Assembly (NCBI GenBank): GCA_030141605.1 | Contig: JAQGDQ010000319.1 | Location: 124,001 to 188,000, forward strand | From: Tubiluchus corallicola | Taxonomy: Eukaryota > Animalia > Priapulida | Reading direction: 5' to 3' | DNA: 64,000 nucleotides | Shown here: piece after piece, positions 24,301 through 63,680 of the stretch | Layout: the number at the start of each line of letters is the position of its first letter | How positions within the stretch are numbered: position 1 is the stretch's first letter | Notes under the pieces: model-generated | What the model was told of the DNA's origin: nothing | Seen by the model: only the letters and a program-made list of their open reading frames with translations | The model's database searches: none | Program-made: the position numbers and the translations under genes

Positions 24301-26379
24301 AGCCCAGTCCTGGCAAAGAAACATGAAAAGATTGCCATTGAATTGTGGGATAGACCTGAAATTTATTGAAATAACAGCCCAGTCCTGGCAAAGAAACATC
24401 AAAAGATTGCCATTGAATTGTGGGATAGACCTGAAATTTATTGAAATAACAGCCCAGTCCTGGCAAAGAAACATCAAAAGATTGCCATTGAATTGTGGGA
24501 TAGACCTGAAATTTATTGAAATAACAGCCCAGTCCTGGCAAAAACATGAAAAGATTGCCATTGAATTGTGGGATAGACCTGAAATTTATTGAAATAACAG
24601 CCCAGTCCTGGCAAAGAAACATGAAAAGATTGCCATTGAATTGTGGGATAGACCTGAAATTTATTGAAATAACAGCCCAGTCCTGGCAAAAACATCAAAA
24701 GATTGCCATTGAATTGTGGGATAGACCTGAAATTTATTGAAATAACAGCCCAGTCCTGGCAAAGAAACATCAAAAGATTGCCATTGAATTGTGGGATAGA
24801 CCTGAAATTTATTGAAATAACAGCCCAGTCCTGGCAAAGAAACATCAAAAGATTGCCATTGAATTGTGGGATAGACCTGAAATTTATTGAAATAACAGCC
24901 CAGTCCTAGCAAAGAAACATCAAAAGATTGCCATTGAATTGTGGGATAGACCTGAAATTTATTGAAATAACAGCCCAGTCCTAGCAAAGAAACATCAAAA
25001 GATTGCCATTGAATTGTGGGATAGACCTGAAATTTATTGAAATAAAGCGTGCTTCAACACATCCTGCAAATTAGTTACTGTTTAACCAAAATTAGACTTA
25101 CACTGGCTTCATCTAGGTCTCATGAACTTACACTGGCTTCATCTAGGTCACATGAACTCACACTGGCTTCATCTAGGTCACATGAACTTACACTGGCTTC
25201 ATCTAGGTCACATGAACTTACACTGGCTTCATCTAGGTCACATGAACTTACACTGGCTTCATCTAGGTCATATGGTCTTACACTGGCTTCATCTAGGTCA
25301 CATGATCTTACACTGGCTTCATCTAGGTCACGTGAAGTTGCACTGGCTTCATCTCAAACACCCAGATTAAAGTCTACAAATGCAAAAACACAAAATGTGT
25401 GTTTGCATAAGAAAATTGTCCGTAAGTTGACAATTAAGCTTTTCTAGTTATTTCATGGTATCTTCATTTCATGAGGATCATTTTGATGCCAAGTTAATCA
25501 CACAACGTTATTTCTAAGATGAGATAATCCACGTTGAAGTTGAGGTGCAGGCTATGCAGTGAAAAACATAACCTTGAGAAAATCACTGTTAAAGTCAGCC
25601 ATTGTTTTTATCGCGTTTCTAGGAAAACACTTAGCAACCAAACAAAAGTTGGTTGCTACGGACTTTACAAGAACACATTAAAGTTATATTTAAATCCAGT
25701 AGACGGCGCTTTCTGGCGAACATCTGGGCTTGGCAACGGGGAAAAACCCGAACTGCCAACTTATGGATGGTTTTAGTTTGCAAGTACAGAAATAGTTTTA
25801 TAAACTAAATTTAAGTTTTAACTTTAGTTTAAATTTAAATTACCGTGACCTATATTTTGTAGAATTAAACAAGAAACCCGATCCTCAGTTGGTTGGAATA
25901 AGATCAAGTCAGAACCTACACCAGAGCCCTCAAGTGGAGTGCACACAAGAACAGACTGCTCTACTGGTATGGTTACATTGTCTTATGCTTGTCTTCATCA
26001 AAACTCATTATTATGAACTGTTACATGTTATTTTACTACCCCGGATTTTTCCGGGAGGCAACATTTTCAGGATTATAACACCAGGAACAGAAACTTCATT
26101 TGGCCGCCGGTTTTACATTCTGTTTTGCAGAGTGTTCGTTAAAATATGTAATTTATAGCATCGTTAATGATTTACCACGGTGTGTTGCTGACAAGGCTAT
26201 TACTCGGGAATTTTTTAGGACTTCATTTTGCTAATTAGCGTCTGGCTACAAGATATTTTAATAGATATCTGAGAACTTATTTTATTTTATATTAGGTGGC
26301 CCATGAAATTAACTACGCAAAGAATCTTTATGATGAATGGATGCAGACGCTTGTTGTCGATGACAATGAACAACGGTAG
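95..26379 (+). CDS. VPS13D: VPS13D-like lipid transfer protein, 3' 18 coding exons (gene starts upstream of window)
   Basis: 18 GT-AG exons join in phase (2610 nt) to a TAG. Peptides match recalled VPS13D C-terminus: YAFDEPTL, YENFIYI, KRSQLWRMT, RPGSGML, DGPTRVLQI, VDNQL, SVDFLGNP, HEINYAK. Confidence 0.93.
1875..1898 (+). mobile_element. 3' tail fragment of the same SINE family
   Basis: gacagaaggatgccaacaacaac identical to family 3' end. Confidence 0.55.
2212..2305 (+). CDS. VPS13D: VPS13D exon (FLGEYV...MELVLDVPQGYGVILAKK)
   Basis: ttctag| and |gtatga; ELVLDV motif; phase-consistent. Confidence 0.82.
2714..2779. repeat. 23-bp tandem repeat x3
   Basis: aattcaagcaatgaagccatttc. Confidence 0.9.
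4052..4273 (+). CDS. VPS13D: VPS13D exon (ESGKRSQLWRMTSTGMLEHEG...TQTWHFTE)
   Basis: tacag| and |gtgtgt; strong match to VPS13D ricin-like region. Confidence 0.92.
5326..5395 (+). CDS. VPS13D: VPS13D exon (DGRLCCPQVRGLFVQIQSGYLRK)
   Basis: ttacag| and |gtaagc; phase-consistent. Confidence 0.82.
5456..5813 (-). mobile_element. 5'-truncated copy of the 5S-headed SINE
   Basis: reverse complement aligns with 46453-46700 and 36004-36310. Confidence 0.8.
5805..5977. repeat. 28-bp minisatellite x~6
   Basis: cttgatcacttgagcaacattgaatcat; between SINE end and exon acceptor. Confidence 0.9.
5993..6168 (+). CDS. VPS13D: VPS13D exon (ADVLFGP...QKLRPGSGMLAVKVVPDGPTRVLQIIDQLQK)
   Basis: ttttctctctag| and |gtgaaa. 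Confidence 0.92.
6464..6580 (+). CDS. VPS13D: VPS13D exon (TLHLQHKADW...PPKKDLQ)
   Basis: cacag| and |gtgacg; 117 nt, phase 0; poorly conserved linker. Confidence 0.75.
6770..6919 (+). CDS. VPS13D: VPS13D exon (IYIKLSGGLGISLVNHLSEEL...IRDIQ)
   Basis: ttttcatag| and |gttcgt; GxGxSLxN..EEL VPS13 motif. Confidence 0.9.
6950..7443 (-). mobile_element. solo LTR, copy 1
   Basis: TG...CA termini with tgtgaaa/tttccaca inverted ends; flanks acacc/acact; near-identical to 13376-13923 and 50240-50658. Confidence 0.8.
8585..9550. repeat. 46-bp minisatellite x21
   Basis: gaattgacacgaaatttgtgtcaactcacacatagtgccataaaga. Confidence 0.97.
9605..9990. repeat. 21-bp minisatellite x~18
   Basis: agtgagtagacacagaacaga. 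Confidence 0.97.
10046..10198 (+). CDS. VPS13D: VPS13D exon (VDNQLLGVQEPVMLHLTP...NASIYQ)
   Basis: tctctag| and |gtatta; VDNQL motif. Confidence 0.9.
10674..10810 (+). CDS. VPS13D: VPS13D exon (YFIMQVRPMTLKLEERILWKLFQFFG...FDTQR)
   Basis: ttttcag| and |gtattg. Confidence 0.88.
10801..12815. repeat. 40-bp minisatellite x~50 with higher-order duplications
   Basis: aatgttaacacgtaattttcatgcattggtaaacagcatg; starts at exon donor. Confidence 0.96.
12975..13230 (+). CDS. VPS13D: VPS13D exon (AVTAATSVQNKRYYFGNL...LKHYVQ)
   Basis: tttcag| and |gtccgc; RYYF, PLVRFE motifs. Confidence 0.9.
13376..13923 (-). mobile_element. solo LTR, copy 2
   Basis: aligns end to end with copy 1; flanks atttc/acttt do not form a clean TSD. 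Confidence 0.78.
14082..14249 (+). CDS. VPS13D: VPS13D exon (ELKSQAAKILVSVDFLGNP...HGVSNSAAK)
   Basis: ttttag| and |gtatcc (first of an array of donors). Confidence 0.92.
14229..14696. repeat. 30-bp minisatellite x~15 (60-bp dimer), exon/donor-derived
   Basis: gtttccaactccgctgcaaaggtatcccat alternating with gtttgt variant. Confidence 0.97.
14888..18170. repeat. 56-bp minisatellite x~58
   Basis: gcaaggtacaagagcgaaggttcttgcacagtcactttcactgtcattcagctgca. Confidence 0.98.
18240..18363 (+). CDS. VPS13D: VPS13D exon (FTGSLGDIIGKVAMDDKH...EHLQAGFK)
   Basis: ctttag| and |gtaaat; continues NSAAK-F. Confidence 0.88.
18597..18676 (+). CDS. VPS13D: VPS13D exon (LGYGILGGITSVFTQPYEGASRDGVE)
   Basis: atttag| and |gttttt; ATG2_C-like glycine-rich helices. 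Confidence 0.88.
19129..19388. repeat. 40-bp minisatellite x~6
   Basis: ggttcttggctgtttcatatgtctttctgcctcgctcgcc. Confidence 0.93.
19551..19685 (+). CDS. VPS13D: VPS13D exon (GLVSGMAKGIIGVVAKPTAGLLDLASG...HNFK)
   Basis: cttttag| and |gtacgt; KPxAGxxD motif. Confidence 0.92.
20110..20228 (+). CDS. VPS13D: VPS13D exon (RVRLPRCCATPGGLLESYS...NNYSEL)
   Basis: ttttag| and |gtatgt; RVRxPRCC motif. Confidence 0.9.
20211..21964. repeat. 53-bp minisatellite x33, exon/donor-derived
   Basis: caataacttcagtgaattgtatgtattgtgactacggtacttataactagata. Confidence 0.98.
22138..23141. repeat. 84-bp minisatellite x12
   Basis: ttgctgccattttgtaatgtcacatgtttgacaatc...gggagttgcccttccaagaaac. Confidence 0.97.
23515..23705 (+). 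CDS. VPS13D: VPS13D exon (LIAYEEFGG...CLVSSEMVYFI...YKYYI), PH-like domain
   Basis: ccttag| and |gtaagt; phase-consistent. Confidence 0.85.
24002..25045. repeat. 75-bp minisatellite x14
   Basis: gcccagtcctggcaaagaaacatcaaaagattgcc...tgaaataaca. Confidence 0.97.
25096..25353. repeat. 30-bp minisatellite x~8
   Basis: acttacactggcttcatctaggtcacatga. Confidence 0.95.
25863..25966 (+). CDS. VPS13D: VPS13D exon (LNKKPDPQL...PQVECTQEQTALL)
   Basis: ttttgtag| and |gtatgg; phase-consistent. Confidence 0.8.
26296..26379 (+). CDS. VPS13D: VPS13D last coding exon (VAHEINYAKNLYDEWMQ...EQR*)
   Basis: attag|; EINYAK terminal motif; TAG at 26377-26379. Confidence 0.92.
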   Translation: MAHEINYAKNLYDEWMQTLVVDDNEQR

Positions 26380-26653
26380 CAGCTTCATGATAACATACCA
26401 AAGTAATAATTGTTATTATCATTCAAGTTAATGAGTGATTGTTTGTCGTACTTGTTACTCAAATGCCAATAGCTACACAAAATTTTGCAATGTGTAGATT
26501 TTGCTATCGTTGAAAAATGATGTGTGCCTAGCTAACTTGTGAAATTAGAACTTATTTAAACGACGACTTTGTCCGACTAATCTGTTTAGTGCATTAGTCA
26601 TGATTTTGCTGTTTTTTAATCTTGTGTATAGTTTATGGTGAAATCATTACTTG

Positions 26654-26659
26654 AATAAA
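26654..26659 (+). promoter_or_regulatory. candidate polyadenylation signal of VPS13D
   Basis: first AATAAA I see after the stop, ~275 nt downstream, followed by GT-rich sequence. Confidence 0.4.
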
Positions 26660-26691
26660 CAAGCTGTGAAACTTGTAAAATATGAAATGTA

Positions 26692-27351
26692 TTTTGTGAA
26701 CATTAACACCTTAGCTTATATAAATCACAAGGATAATTCCACTCATGTGATTCATATGTAAAGTTTTGTGAGCATTAACACCTTAGCTTATATAAATCAC
26801 AAGGATAATTCGACTCATGTGATTCATATGTAGAGTTTTGTGAACATTAACACCTTAGCTTATATAAATCACAAGGATAATTCCACTCATGTGATTCATA
26901 TGTAAAGTTTTGTGAACATCAACACCTTAGCTTATATAAATCACAAGGATAATTCGACTCATGTGATTCGTATGTAGAGTTTTGTGAACATTAACACCTT
27001 AGCTTATATAAATCACAAGGATAATTCGACTCATGTGATTCATATGTAGAGTTTTGTGAACATTAACACCTTAGCTTATATAAATCACAAGGATAATTCG
27101 ACTCATGTGATTCATATGTAGAGTTTTGTGAACATTAACACCTTAGCTTATATAAATCACAAGGATAATTCAACTCGTGTGATTCATATGTAGAGTTTTG
27201 TGAACATTAACACCTTAGCTTATATAAATCACAAGAATAATTCGACTCATGTGATTCATATGTAGAGTTTTGTGAACATCAACACCTTAGCTTATATAAA
27301 TCACAAGGATAATTCGACTCGTGTGATTCATATGTAGAGTTTTGTGAACAA
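26692..27351. repeat. 72-bp minisatellite x9
   Basis: ttttgtgaacattaacaccttagcttatataaatcacaagg... Confidence 0.96.
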
Positions 27352-29125
27352 CTATTCACACTTGCAAAAATAGGAGAATATTTTCCTGCAATGATATTTT
27401 TTTATTTTGTTGCCCGTTGGCTACTTACTGCCGTGTGATTTTGCCTAGTAAGATAAATTACCTCAAGTGTTTTAAGCTATTAATCTTATAGCTTTGTTAT
27501 TTTTGTGTAGCGGAGAAGAACTGTGATTAGCTTTGTAAAGGTAATTGTTACATGGAATTAGACACAACCTATTTTTATTGCTGTATAAACAATTTGGTTA
27601 CTAAACTATAACTTTAACTTTTTCGTAAATATAAATGGACTAAAAGAATACTTATGACTTTTAGGTGGCTACGTTACTCACAGCAAAATTTGGGAAATGC
27701 TCAACTGAAATCACACACTGCATTGAAACTCATTGTGTTAATATATCCAGATCATTTATAATTCATAAGCTTAATGAATAATGGCTTGTACTTGCATTTA
27801 GATCTAGATAATATGTAAAGGGCTGTGTGTGTATTATATACACTTGTAGAGCAATAGAACTGATGCTGCACGCGTTATTCATTACGCAAAGTGGCACATT
27901 TGTCTCGGGCATTGTGGGATAGAAAGTGTTAAAAAACGTCTCACAATTCAGAGGCCGAATTCACTAACACGTTCGTCAAAAACTTTGTAGGAATTTTTTT
28001 GTTTTTGTAAAGTTACGATTGCATTTGATTAACTTTTTAGGTTGCAAAACCTTTGAGAATTCGTCGGAAGTCTAAGAATGCTCTTTCGAATGATCTTACA
28101 AGTAAAACAGTTCGTAAGAAGCTTTGTGAATCCTTGCCCTGGTGCTTAAAATCAGCTTACCAGCTAGAGCTATGCAGAGAACATCAATATTTCACGTTGA
28201 GTTATTAGCGACAGTGAATGGATTATGAATTTTCAAAACGCTTGTGAAATTTTTGTTTCATAAAACAGTAATAGAAAAATGCTAAATGTTAAAGTAGAAT
28301 GATTCAACACAAAAATTTCTCTAAAATAAAAAATACGATGATTACAGAAATGATTTCACCTTGAAAACTCTAGCATTGTATAGTCAAAAGCTCCTGGTTC
28401 GAATCTTAACTGAGGTACAAATCTTTTGTCGCTTGCAAAACATTTTTTCATAGCTTCTCAAAATAAATCATTTATTAAGAATTAAACAAAATATTTAGAT
28501 ATCGGTATTATTCGTGAAGTGTAATACGTGAAAAATAAATACGCTAAAACAGTAATTTTAGCAGATAGTTAAGCAAGTGGACAGTTTCGTGAAACTTTAT
28601 TCTGTGAGTTCAGTTGTATATTTGGCAGTGACATAGTTGCTACTGTAACTGTATTGTATAGAGAAACATTTACTGCCTTTATAGTTTGGTGTTTGATGAT
28701 GATGGTCAAATATTGTTATCTGTAAATTTAGTCGATGTAAATAGAGATTATTGTTGATTTCTTGAATAAAAGTCAATAACAAATCAACTAGTTTGTTTGT
28801 TATCTTTTATTGATGTATCAATAAGTTCTTTGATTTTAAATTGTTTTGGATTAAATACAAGATGAAGGAGAAAAACACACAAACTGTCATATTATCGTCA
28901 TTGCGTGTGAGAATGGTATGCTTAGCAACTAAAGTTAAGCAACACTGAGCTTCAATGAATGGATGGGTGACTGTTAACTTTAATACTGTACTTGTTAATA
29001 CTGCTCGTGCATTCCGTGACATTGAGGAAGACTGTACAGTGTAACCTCAAAACGTTTTACCTTGATATTCAGCTAGATTCTGGTCCTGGTTCACCATATT
29101 TGTTAAGTGGGTCTTTGGTTCGAAT

Positions 29126-29175
29126 GTACTACTACTACTACTACTACTACTACCACTACCACCACTACTACCACT

Positions 29176-29212
<37 letters not shown>

Positions 29213-29302
29213 CTACTACTGCCGCCGTCGCCACCGCCACCACCACCACCACCACCACTACTACTACCACTACCACCACTACCACCACTGCTACTACTAC
29301 TA
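29126..29302. repeat. (TAC)n/(CAC)n microsatellite
   Basis: direct reading. Confidence 0.95.
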
Positions 29303-29989
29303 CGCAGCAAGTTAAAATTAACCCAGTCATTTTGACTCTCAAATCAGAAATAAGTATTGTCATGAAATGAAGACAGCTTTTTACTACAAGAGAAGTAAGA
29401 TTTTCTCTATTTTCCAGCCTTCCAAGTTTATTTGATAAAGAACATCTCACATCTGATAAAGACAAAACAAAGATCGATTATAACAAGGTTTAGTAACATA
29501 CAAATAACTGTACAAACATTTTTTATTGGAAACCAGAGCACTGGCACAATAAAAATAATAAATTAACAAATTTAATGATAATAATTAACGTTGTTATTAA
29601 GCCAGATAGATTACCAGAATTTTTTTGAATAGTAAATGAATATCTGTGGTACAACGTTGCTTGAAAAAAACTAAACTTTTACATAGAAAGATTATACAAC
29701 TGTTCTGTTGAGTTTCACAATTGCCAAGTTACTGTAATAATGATGAAGAAAGGTATGATGTGGTCTCCTGAGACTGTTAAAATGGAGACAAGTTTCATTT
29801 TGGTCATTCTGTCACAAACTGGTAATTTTATGATGAAACAACAGCAGAAAATTGAGTATTCCACAGTTTTCTTGTAATTATTTTAAAGTGCACCACATAA
29901 ACTGTATGCATGTGTTGCATGTGTGTAGTTATGACAACTCTGTATTTTGAAACAAAGTGATATTATCAGAGCACAAGTCTTACAATTGC

Positions 29990-30727
29990 TTTTATACAAA
30001 GCACAACAATACAGCACAAAGTGCCAGTAATGCGTGACTTTGTTTTATACAAAGCACAACAATACAGCACAAAGTGCCAGTAATGCGTGACTTTGTTTTA
30101 TACAAAGCGCAACAATACAGCACAAAGTGCCAGTAATGCATGACTTTGTTTTATACAAAGCACAACAATACAGTACAAAGTGCCGGTAATGCGTGACTTT
30201 GTTTTATACAAAGCACAACAATACAACACAAAGTGCCGGTAATGCATGACTTTGTTTTATACAAAGCACAACAATACAGCACAAAGTGCCAGTAATGCGT
30301 GACTTTGTTTTATACAAAGCACAACAATACAGCACAAAGTGCCAGTAATGCGTGACTTTGTTTTATACAAAGCCCAACAATACAGCACAAAGTGCCGGTA
30401 ATGCGTGACTTTGTTTTATACAAAGCACAACAATACAGCACAAAGTGCCGGTAATGCGTGACTTTGTTTTATACAAAGCACAACAATACAGCACAAAGTG
30501 CCGGTAATGCGTGACTTTGTTTTATACAAAGCACAACAATACAGCACAAAGTGCCAGTAATGAGTGACTTTGTTTTATACAAAGCACAACAATACAGCAC
30601 AAAGTGCCAGTAATGCGTGACTTTGTTTTATACAAAGCCCAACAATACAGCACAAAGTGCCAGTAATGCGTGACTTTGTTTTACACAAAGCACAACAATA
30701 CAGCACAAAGTGCCAGTAATGCATGAC
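29990..30727. repeat. 53-bp minisatellite x14
   Basis: ttttatacaaagcacaacaatacagcacaaagtgccagtaatgcgtgactttg. Confidence 0.96.
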
Positions 30728-31454
30728 GTTGTAAGTGTAGTTTTTACGGTTTGTTGGGTGGATTGTTACTTAGCAATAGGTGGTTATCAATGGAATTTGG
30801 GGTCTACAGACATTTTTTCTGCAAAGTATGTTTGAGTATACTGTGTTGGGAGAAGTATTCGGCTTTCGCTTCATTTCCACTCAAACAAAAAAAGCGGAGC
30901 AGCCAATAGCCGACTCCTAGACAGATTTTTCTTCCTGATGACTCCCGGTGTGGATAGTTGTATATGGTCTTAATGAGTCTGTAGTCGTTCTGATGGCATT
31001 ACATGATTTGACAAGTGGCTGTATTACATTAAAAGAAAATTAACAATAAAAATGGAAGTGACTGATTACAAAAATGTCATGGAAGTAAACAGAGATAAGA
31101 GGATTTTCGTCTACAGCAACAACAATGTACAGTACGTTATTACAGAGAAATAAGACAATGGACGGGTAGCTATGCTGAGTTGCTAACAATGACAAGCAGT
31201 GCCAGGTATTGACAACAAAAGCAAACATTTAATAAGCTATTTCACATGTTTCAGTTATTACAGTAAGTAAGAGTTGATGAAATGTACTAGGACATAGTAT
31301 TGTAGTTCTAAATTTCAGCCCAGCTATAATATGGATAAACAAGCAAAAAACTATCTGGTTCTAGTATAAGCTATACTTAAGCATATATATAAGTATATTT
31401 AAGCATTTGAACTAATCTGGCATAAATGGAAGAAATAGTTATAAGGCTTCAATG

Positions 31455-32740
31455 AGAGGATATTTTAATGAGATTGCCAGAAACAACAACTGTAAGATTA
31501 GCATTAATCATTGGAGCATCAGAATCAGAAGATTAAGATGGGTAGGACATTTAATGGGACTGCCAGAAACAACAACTGTAAGATTAGCATTAATCATTGG
31601 AGCATCAGAATCAGAAGATTAAGATGGGTAGGACATTTAATGGGACTGCCGGAAACAACACCTGTAAGATTAGCATTAAACATTGGAGCATCAGAATCAG
31701 AAGATTAAGATGGGTAGGACATTTAATGGGACTGCCAGAAACAACAACTGTAAGATTAGCATTAAACATTGGAGCATCAGAATCAGAAGATTAAGATGGG
31801 TAGGACATTTAATGGGACTGCCAGAAACAACAACTGTAAGATTAGCATTAAACATTGGAGCATCAGAATCAGAAGATTAAGATGGGTAGGACATTTAATG
31901 GGACTGCCAGAAACAACAACTGTAAGATTAGCATTGAACATTGGAGCATCAGAATCAGAAGATTAAGACGGGCAGGACATTTAATGGGACTGCCAGAAAC
32001 AACAACTGTAAGATTAGCATTAAACATTGGAGCATCAGAATCAGAAGATTAAGATGGGTAGGACATTTAATGGGACTGCCAGAAACAACAACTGTAAGAT
32101 TAGCATTGAACATTGGAGCATCAGAATCAGAAGATTAAGGTGGGTAGGACATTTAATGGGACTGCCAGAAACAACAACTGTAAGATTAGCATTGAACATT
32201 GGAGCATCAGAATCAGAAGATTAAGACGGGCAGAACATTTAATGGGACTGCCAGAAACAACAACTGTAAGATTAGCATTAAACATTGGAGCATCAGAATC
32301 AGAAGATTAAGATGGGCAGGACATTTAATGAGACTGCCAGAAACAACAACTGTAAGATTAGCATTAAACATTGGAGCATCAGAATCAGAAGACTAAGATG
32401 GGTAGGACATTTAATGGGACTGCCAGAAACAACACGTGTAAGATTAGCATTAAACATTGGAGCATCAGAATCAGAAGATTAAGATGGGTAGGACATTTAA
32501 TGGAACTGCCAGAAACAACACCTGTAAGATTAGCATTAATCGAGGCACTGAAACCTGCTAAACGACCTGCAGGTAAAACCAAAAACAACTTGGATGTCAA
32601 GAATTAACAAAGATTTACAACAGCTGAAGCCAAACCTAACAAAAACATCACAGGAATTGAAAATTTTAGCTGCAGACAGGAAACAGTGGAGTGCTCTAAC
32701 AAAGGACAGATGCTCTAGAACAGCAAGAGAAGAAGGATGA
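31455..32740 (+). mobile_element. 5'-truncated LINE (RTE-like ORF2 C-terminus) with amplified 5' end
   Basis: IRRLRWVGHLM.LPETTPVRLAL..KRPAGK, then after a frameshift PKTTWMSRINKDL...LAADRKQW; ends in aagaagaagg. Confidence 0.75.
31470..32540. repeat. 86-bp minisatellite x~12, LINE-derived
   Basis: ORF track shows 86-nt periodicity. Confidence 0.96.
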
Positions 32741-33957
32741 CTAATCCACCCTGAAGCTCACAATACAAACTTGCAAGAAGCAATGAAATACATCTCTAAC
32801 AGAAAAATCACCACTCACACTTCTACAACACAACATAATTACTATATAATTTTTCAAAGTACGATATGTCCAAAATAGTACAGTACACATTTCTCTGTTA
32901 AAAAACAACGTTAGGCACAGAAAATGTCCATGGCTCATATAGCAAAATAAAAATTTCAATGTAGACAAACCTGAGCATGCGCATACACGAGCTTCAAATA
33001 TCTTCTGCAATGGCACAAGATGAGAAATATAAAATTATTTTAATTGAAACTTCATTAAAATTCATAATTTAGACTCAAAATATGAACCATCTACACACAC
33101 ACACACTGCGACTGCAGACATTCAACTAAAGCTTAGCAAGCAACAAACATTTTTACATGCAACATACGAACAACATTCTAACAAAGTCCGCGGAACTGCC
33201 AGATTTCGTGTGACGATTTGATTACAGTGATACTTATGACCCACACTTGATTGAAATCTCAGTAATTAATTGCTGAACTTTAATCAGTGATTTGAGTTGG
33301 TGGGTATGAAGCTTTGTCCTAAAGGTTTGACAACATAATACATGAACATTAAGCAAACTGCAGCCTAGTCACTAAACATGTTCAAACACGCACACTTATA
33401 ATTATTATCCACGACTTATATTTAAAAATAAACTGTCCATAATCGTAGTCACAAATATATATGCTTAACAACCTATTATACTAAACGGATAAAACTATAT
33501 ATATAATGCTCATTTATCTAGAAAATTATGATAAAATCAATATTATTTCTAATAACTAGCATTTAACAAAATCATTATAAACTCTGCGGAGGCACAACAA
33601 CTGCATTAACGACGAATGAAGCTCCGACTAATTAGAGTATTTGGCACGACTATACAACGAAACTCAACAACACTAACTAAATTCATCCGAGTTGCCTAAC
33701 AACAACTACACAACAATTAATAGATCATAATAAACAATGATATGTATGTTTTATAACACAGATATGCCAAATATCTATGATACTGTACGATCATATGTGA
33801 TGTAAGTCACAAATATGATAGGTTTGGGTCTGCATAAGAATTTGCAGATGTTAGAATCACTTTACACTGGAATCTTATGTTACAGTGCCTACTTACCTTT
33901 AACTAATAGTTTCCTTAATTCTAAAAAAAGATTCTCGAGAAAAGTTATGTACGTCTT

Positions 33958-34366
33958 ACTAAGCGAGGCCATGGTTGGCGCGCAGAAAATTTTTGAACTA
34001 CTAGAACGCCGGGGAAACATTTTCGAAGAGAAAACATGGAAAGAACAATTGAAAGAAAAACTGCTTTATTCTCAAGACCAGTCCTTAATACTTGTCAAAT
34101 AGTCAAATCAAAACAACATCTTTGCAATATGTAATACCGTACTCTCACTTTCGTACAAGCCGGTGTTAGAAATTCCGAAATTGAAAACAGCTGAACATCG
34201 GCACCGAGCCGCACAAGGCAAACGGCGCTCGTGCGGCAAGAGAGAGAGAGGGAGAGAGGAGGCAGTATGTTTGCATAAAGCAAAAATATGTTACCTCGGC
34301 GCGAGGCCCCCCTGGAGGGTGAGGCCCCGGGGAACTATCCCCACTTCCCCCTTGAAATACGGCCTG
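33958..34366. mobile_element. diverged inverted copy of the 59379-59822 MITE
   Basis: shares aaagaacaattgaaagaaaaactgctttattctcaagaccagtcc and the tgaaatacggcctg end; other TIR not found. Confidence 0.75.
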
Positions 34367-35533
34367 CGCCTTAACTAAAGAAAAAGCTTTTCAGAATTTA
34401 CTGTTGTTGCGCATCGTACATAGATGGGCTGCAAAATCAGAGTGGGTTCAATCCCTGATGAGAGGGAAAATATTACCACAACTAGACAAATGATACAAAT
34501 GGATGTGCGCTATTGCCTCGAATCTTCTCTTAACTTGAAGAAATTATCGTTTCGTTTAAGCACAGAGAAAGCACCGTAGCTAACTTCGCTAAAACGAAGC
34601 AACTTTGAATCAGAAATGGCGACGAATTTGCCCAAAGTGTAATGTAACATTTCCTTGTTATGCAACCCTGTAAATCAGAATTAGTAATTTGACAGTTGCC
34701 AGCCAGAGTAATTAATTAAGAGATAACATTAATGCACACCATTGTCTAAAAATCATTTTATCTATATTCGGTAAAGGATAGCAGACTAGGTGACGTTATA
34801 GTCTTTTCGCTATCCTTTCTCTAGTTCTAAATCTATCTATTCACTTTAACCATTCTTCAAAACTTATTAGCGATTTTTTTTATTAATCATGTTTTATTGT
34901 ACTACTATAAAGAGATAAATAAATTAAAATTGAATTGAATTGAGTAATCTATCAAGTTTACAAAATTGCATCCTACTATTAAGCAAGATGCCTACTAGGT
35001 AGTTTGCAGATATTATGCAGAAAATACGGCAAAGCTTGTTGCTAAGCAACGCAAGCAGAGACATTACAAAAGATATACTACATTTGAAAAGAGACAATGA
35101 CCGGGACTTATCTAAAACAACCCTTCCTCACTTCACATATGAAATACTGTTTATTATTAAACTTATAACAAACATTTCATGTGTAACGAAATTAATTACG
35201 TTATTTATAAATTAGTCTTATATGATTAAATTAGATGATTAAAAAAACAGTTTGTCAACAATTGTTATAACTAGCATACACAAGAAAACAGCTACTGCTG
35301 AAAACAGCAGTTACTGTGCAAAATGTAGTCGGAAATAGACTGCTGATTTTGATACTGAAAATCTGCTGAGTAGTAACCTTATTAAGTGTGAACACACTGT
35401 GCACATTTAAAGCAAGCAGTTGTTTCTCTGTGTGGTACTGTAACAACATAAAAATAGCATCACTGTTGTAAAAATAATCTGAAGCATTAAAAACTTCAAT
35501 AACTCATGGAAGTCCTGAAGTGGGAAGCATCCT

Positions 35534-63227
<27,694 letters not shown>

Positions 63228-63479
63228 CTAGAAAAGCCAGCAGAAATCAAGTCATACTAACATGTCGCTATCAGCTTATGTAGCGCATGCAGAAATTCAG
63301 GTATCAGCTATAACTAAGCTTCTGTAGCTATAATTACGTGTGCAAACAGACTATCTTGATTCTAATAATCACGCAATGCCACAAAAACAATATTTGGTAA
63401 TCAAATACATATACGAATCAAAGTGTGGCACTGGGGCTGTTTATAGTTTTATGTATTCTTTATACAAATCGCTCCAAGC

Positions 63480-63680
63480 AACATTCAAGGTATGCACTTG
63501 TCTATTCAGGAGTACTCCAGAGATCAGTCCTGGGATATCTGTTGCCCCTAATTTATGTTAATGCAGTTGGCGAGTGCATAGTACTTATAGAATTATGTAA
63601 ATTAGCAGATAACTGCAAAATGAGCACATATACTGACATTCTGTCCCCGAGAAACTCCTTGCAGATGCTTTATAACTAGC
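63480..63680 (+). pseudogene. degenerate CR1/L2-like reverse transcriptase fragment
   Basis: VYSGVLQRSVLGYLLPLIYVN...LADNCK resembles SGVPQGSVLGPLLFxIYxN...FADDxK. Confidence 0.65.

Noticed and set aside
27949-28141. Possible small MITE (cagaggccgaattcac ... gtgaatccttgccctg)
   Set aside because: TIRs are too degenerate and there is no clear TSD.
28992-29465. Poly-Tyr/His, poly-Thr, poly-Ser ORFs; likewise poly-Asn/Ile at 47376-47807 and RE repeats at 59356-59681
   Set aside because: Translations of microsatellites.
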